From Candidatus Saccharimonadales bacterium (GTDB taxonomy: Bacteria > Patescibacteriota > Saccharimonadia > Saccharimonadales > Saccharimonadaceae): 64,000 nt of DNA. The position numbers were made by a program, and so were the translations under genes. The stretch is taken from contig DATFHX010000019.1 in the NCBI GenBank assembly GCA_035247945.1, positions 3,808-67,807 of the forward strand. The letters are read 5' to 3'. Under the pieces are notes generated by a model. It saw only the letters and a program-made list of their open reading frames with translations, ran no database searches and had not been told where the DNA came from. Shown piece by piece: positions 60,442 to 64,000 of this stretch (its first letter is position 1; each line of letters opens with the position of its first letter).

Positions 60442-61720
60442 ACATACCCTCCTTACTAAGTGCCACTGCGGCAAGCCCCCACCAAATAATCGAGACAGTA
60501 TCGTCTACCCATACTGGCTGTAGGAGGCCTACGATTCCAATACCTATACCACTCGCCAATACGCCAAGCGCTACCCAATCGGATCGGGTATGCCATAGTC
60601 GTTTGATGATGAGAATAAATAGTGCGAGAAAAATAACGAGGCCGAGCCACCCTACCTCATGAGCAATGAAGAGATACTGATTCTCGATAACAAGTGGGTG
60701 CGCTCCTTGCAGCGAAGCCGAGCCAGTGCTTCCAATGCCTGCGCCGAGTGGCTGTTGAAGCATAAGGCGAAGCCCATCGATAAGTGACGATGCGTGTTGC
60801 TCGTCAGATGTAACCGAAGCACCAGTACTTGCTGAGTTATGGAGAATGACATTCGATACAAAGTCTGACTCGCGTACGGCATATACAACCCCTGCTCCGA
60901 TAAGAAGTACTGCAACACCAGCTCCCCACACCCAGCGGTTCACTGCTTTTCCGTACCGCATAAGTGCTACTACCGCGGCACCGATAAGCGCCGCAATAAG
61001 CGCACTCCTTGAGTAAGTTACCCAAAGAACAACCAGACTTCCAAGCCCCAGAAGGAATGCAAGCAGTTGATTACGGCGCGAAGTGATCTTCCCTCTTACC
61101 CATAGAGCAAAAAGCATGACGAGGATAATTACTGTGTAGATGCCAAGGGGATTCGGACCACGCAGCGTGCTGTTGATACGGATGAATGCGGGATTGTCGT
61201 CTACAGTTAGATACGGGGCGATTGTATGAGACCCGTAGCCAATATGCGTGAGAATATCCGCTGGAAGAAAGAGTTGGAGCACTCCAAAACTAATCACTAT
61301 TCCCGCACCAATTAGCCCAACCCTAAGGAAAAGCTTTCTATACTGCGGCGTAATTCGAAGGAGCCCGTAAACAAGTGTGAAGAAAAATGTATAGCGAAGA
61401 TCGACCGCAAGGCCAGCGAGCGTCGGCGCACTCCCCTGGTACAGTAGCGCGAGTAGAATAAAATGCATCACCGCGTAGCCGCCGAGAAACCAGATGATGG
61501 GATCTTTTAGAAAGTGCCTCCAAGCATGGTTCTGAGATACATAGAGTATGGCGACTGGAATGAGTAGCGCCATAAGGATTTCTTTCCATGACTTAAGCAG
61601 TAGGTCGTAGGTGGGAAACTGCGTTCCTAGAAATACCGTAAGCGGCGCATGCAGCACTATGAGCCCAAAGATAACAAGCAGGCCTCCGGCATAGACACGC
61701 CCTAGTAGTGAACTTATCAT
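60422..61720 (-). CDS. O-antigen ligase/polymerase-like (Wzy_C family) membrane protein
   Basis: Polytopic, with ...WVTYSRSALIAALIGAAVVAL... typical of the family. ATG at 61720 chosen to avoid overlapping the divergent gene. Confidence 0.75.
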   Translation of the reverse strand: MISSLLGRVYAGGLLVIFGLIVLHAPLTVFLGTQFPTYDLLLKSWKEILMALLIPVAILYVSQNHAWRHFLKDPIIWFLGGYAVMHFILLALLYQGSAPTLAGLAVDLRYTFFFTLVYGLLRITPQYRKLFLRVGLIGAGIVISFGVLQLFLPADILTHIGYGSHTIAPYLTVDDNPAFIRINSTLRGPNPLGIYTVIILVMLFALWVRGKITSRRNQLLAFLLGLGSLVVLWVTYSRSALIAALIGAAVVALMRYGKAVNRWVWGAGVAVLLIGAGVVYAVRESDFVSNVILHNSASTGASVTSDEQHASSLIDGLRLMLQQPLGAGIGSTGSASLQGAHPLVIENQYLFIAHEVGWLGLVIFLALFILIIKRLWHTRSDWVALGVLASGIGIGIVGLLQPVWVDDTVSIIWWGLAAVALSKEGMYAKKTE

Positions 61721-61762
61721 GGTTACTAGTGTACTAGATAAAATGGTATAATAGCAGTACCT

Positions 61763-63220
61763 ATGCCATCCAAGAACACCAAGCTGTATAGTTTGTTCCT
61801 CATTATTGCCGATTTTGTCATCTTGCTTCTGGCGTTTACCATCGCGTATATTCTCCGCGTGCAGCACGACCCACGTCCGCTTCTAAGTCCTGTTTATGCA
61901 CAGGACTACCTTATTAGCTTCCTTCTCATTGTCCCTATCTGGATCCTTATCTTTGCTGCTCTCGGGCTTTACCATTCAAGTGTCTATAACCGACGTCTTG
62001 TGGAGTGGAGTAAGATTGCCATTGGCTCTTTCATTGGAATTCTTGTCATTATTGGCTGGGAATATGTCAGCGAAGAACACATATTCCCCGCTCGCCTTGT
62101 GGCTGCCTACGCGCTTGCTGGTGCCTTTATTATGATCGTCCTAGAGCGTGAGATCCTCCGTATAACCCGAAGTCTTATGTTCTATTTTGGACGAGGCATT
62201 AGTAATGTTCTTATTATTGGCGATAGCGATGCAACTAGAGATATTGCCGATAATCTTGCCGAGACTCACAAGAGTGGCTACCGCATCGTTGCAGTTGCGG
62301 GACCTAAAAAAGTAATTCCACCCGGCCTTACTGTCCAACACTTCTCTTCGTTTGAAAAAGCACTCTCTCATATCAAGCAGCTTGGCATCACGACAATTAT
62401 CCAAACCGACCTTTATGATTCAGCCGAACGAAACCAGCAGATTCTTGGTGCGGCGCAGGTAAACCATATTCGCTATAGTTTCATTCCTGGTGAGCCCGAA
62501 TTCTATACGGGTAAAAATACTGTCGATGTTTTTCTAGGCTACCCTATGATTTCTGTGAGCCAAACACCACTCATTGGGTGGGGCGGCATCGTAAAGCGGC
62601 TCTTTGATCTCATCGCCACTTCCATTATCGTAATCGTTCTCTCGCCCGTTTTCTTACTCCTTATTATTCTCCAAAAGATACTCAATCCTGGCCCTATCTT
62701 TTATGCTGCAAATCGCCTCACGAAGGGAGCGCAGCCATTTGGCATGCTTAAGTTCCGGAGTATGCGTCCTGAATTTGGATCGAAGGATGCAGTACAGGAT
62801 TTTATCGATATGGGGCTTCCGGAGCTCGCGAAAGAATATGAAAAGAACCGTAAAATTCTCAGCCAGCCAGATCCACGTATTACCCCATTTGGACATTTTA
62901 TCCGCAAGACATCACTCGATGAACTTCCTCAATTCTTTAATGTCCTAAAGGGCGACCTAAGCCTCGTTGGACCCCGTCCTATTGAACCAATTGAGCTGCC
63001 TCGCTACCGTGACCGTGGCGCGCTCCTTCTCAGTGTCCAATCGGGGATTACCGGACTTTGGCAGGTTTCCGGACGAAATAGTCTTTCCTTTGATCAGCGC
63101 GTTGAGCTTGAACTCTACTATGCACAAAACTGGAGTTTCTGGATGGATATAAAGATTCTCCTTAAGACACCAGGTGCGCTACTAAAACGACGAGGAGTAC
63201 CAGGCACAGATGGCAAGTAA
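61763..63220 (+). CDS. Polyprenyl-phosphate sugar phosphotransferase (WbaP/bacterial sugar transferase family)
   Basis: 485 aa. N-terminal TM bundle. KRLFDLIATSIIVIVLSPVFLLLII, MLKFRSM, DELPQFFNVLKGDLSLVGPRP. Extended -10 TGGTATAAT at 61744-61752. Confidence 0.9.
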   Translation: MPSKNTKLYSLFLIIADFVILLLAFTIAYILRVQHDPRPLLSPVYAQDYLISFLLIVPIWILIFAALGLYHSSVYNRRLVEWSKIAIGSFIGILVIIGWEYVSEEHIFPARLVAAYALAGAFIMIVLEREILRITRSLMFYFGRGISNVLIIGDSDATRDIADNLAETHKSGYRIVAVAGPKKVIPPGLTVQHFSSFEKALSHIKQLGITTIIQTDLYDSAERNQQILGAAQVNHIRYSFIPGEPEFYTGKNTVDVFLGYPMISVSQTPLIGWGGIVKRLFDLIATSIIVIVLSPVFLLLIILQKILNPGPIFYAANRLTKGAQPFGMLKFRSMRPEFGSKDAVQDFIDMGLPELAKEYEKNRKILSQPDPRITPFGHFIRKTSLDELPQFFNVLKGDLSLVGPRPIEPIELPRYRDRGALLLSVQSGITGLWQVSGRNSLSFDQRVELELYYAQNWSFWMDIKILLKTPGALLKRRGVPGTDGK

Positions 63221-64000
63221 TTCACCGAAAATTGCTATTGTTGCAGAATTTCTCACCGTCATGGGTGGAGCTGAACGTGTTGTCTATGAACTCCACGAAG
63301 CTTTTCCGAGCGCCCCTATTTATACTGCAATCTACGACGAGGAGCGTGTCCTACCCGAGTTTAAGACACTCGATGTTCGAACCACCTGGCTCCAGAAAAT
63401 TCCAAAGTCACTTCGAAAGATGTACAAGCTCTTCCCCACACTTCAAGTAAAAGCGTTCCGAGATCTTGACCTTAGCGAGTTCGATATTATTATTACGAGC
63501 TCATATCTCAATGCCAACCAGGTGCGAAAGACTCGTCCCGACCAAGTCCTTATTTCCTACTGCCATACACCCGCCCGGTATTACTGGAGCCACTACGAGC
63601 AGTATCGGAAGAATCCGGGCTACGGTAAACTGGATCCAATTGTACGGCTCCTTATTCCACTGCTCGTACCTCACCAGCGTAAACTCGACTATGAAGCCGC
63701 TCAAGACGTGGATGTATTTATCGCAAATTCTTCCGAAACACAGAAGCGAATTAAAGAGTACTACAATAAACCATCTACCGTTGTCCACCCTCCAGTAGAT
63801 GTTGCCCGGTTCAACCCGAAGCGTGAACGTGGGAACTATTACATGACTATGGGGCGACAACTTCCATATAAGCGGTACGACCTTGTTGTAGCAGCCTGCA
63901 CAAAACTCGAACTCCCCCTCAAAGTATTCGGTAATGGGCCTGCACACGAAGAACTTGTGGCTATGGCTGGGCCGAGCGTTGAATTCTACACGGATCGATT
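63210..64000 (+). CDS. Glycosyltransferase family 4 (partial; runs off the right edge)
   Basis: Not in the ORF track (no stop in window). Manual translation: MASNSPKIAIVAEFLTVMGGAERVVYELHEAFPSAPIYTAIYDEERVLPEF...YCHTPARYYW...FIANSSETQKRIKEYYNKPSTVVHPPVD...GRQLPYKRYDL. Overlaps the previous gene by 11 nt. Confidence 0.8.
   Translation, partial: MASNSPKIAIVAEFLTVMGGAERVVYELHEAFPSAPIYTAIYDEERVLPEFKTLDVRTTWLQKIPKSLRKMYKLFPTLQVKAFRDLDLSEFDIIITSSYLNANQVRKTRPDQVLISYCHTPARYYWSHYEQYRKNPGYGKLDPIVRLLIPLLVPHQRKLDYEAAQDVDVFIANSSETQKRIKEYYNKPSTVVHPPVDVARFNPKRERGNYYMTMGRQLPYKRYDLVVAACTKLELPLKVFGNGPAHEELVAMAGPSVEFYTDR

Noticed and set aside
63232-63947. ORFs 63232..63450(+), 63466..63798(+) and 63501..63947(-) at the right edge
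   Set aside because: They are alternate-frame or antisense ORFs inside the GT4 glycosyltransferase gene (63210..64000). That gene is missing from the track only because it has no stop in the window.
1-64000. CRISPR arrays, transposases, integrases, prophage genes, reverse transcriptase/DGR or retron elements
   Set aside because: I looked for regularly spaced direct repeats and for the corresponding protein motifs in all listed ORFs and found none. The repeats present are protein-coding domain repeats in adhesins and the S8 protease. A dedicated repeat finder should still be run.

Overview
This is a 64-kb chromosomal window from a small-genome, Gram-positive-type bacterium. By gene content it looks like Patescibacteria/CPR, Saccharibacteria (TM7)-like. 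That is an inference from compact housekeeping genes, type IV pilins, many LPXTG-type wall-anchored adhesins, few metabolic genes and the standard genetic code. Background GC is in the mid/upper 40s by eye.

Housekeeping genes recognised: murJ (partial), ftsH, tilS, dinB, murC, trmB, a tsaC-like gene, mscS, a mutY-like gene, msrA, aspS, two corA paralogs, two MFS transporters, a CNNM/CBS protein, a DsbA-like protein and metK. The right edge carries a surface-glycan locus: a Wzy/O-antigen-ligase-like protein, a polyprenyl-phosphate sugar transferase and a partial GT4.

RNA features: tRNA-Met, initiator tRNA-fMet, tRNA-Ile2(CAU), tRNA-Asn, a SAM-I riboswitch upstream of metK, and many rho-independent terminators.

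Cell-surface content is large: two tandem pilins, five large secreted proteins ending in LA[DS]TG/LPATG sorting signals, an S8 protease and a 1287-aa polytopic membrane protein.

The most unusual feature is compositional. At least eight short islets (0.15-1.3 kb) have clearly higher GC and strong GC3 bias, and encode mostly orphan small proteins plus a cyclopropane-fatty-acid-synthase-like methyltransferase.
- Each of the four tRNA genes has such an islet next to it.
- Several islets carry GC-rich terminators without U-tracts.
- No integrase or transposase is present.
- This fits piecemeal gene capture from a high-GC (actinobacterial) partner.

Other candidates worth follow-up:
- a LexA-DNA-binding-domain protein lacking the S24 protease, translationally coupled to a papain/C39-like peptidase
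- a three-member paralog family next to the dinB operon, with a LexA-box-like palindrome
- a tandem pair of about 96-aa paralogs, each with its own terminator
- a 45-aa cysteine-rich micro-ORF
- a disulfide-reductase-family flavoprotein without its redox cysteines

No CRISPR array, transposase, integrase or reverse transcriptase was seen. All domain calls come from reading motifs by eye, and no database search was run.
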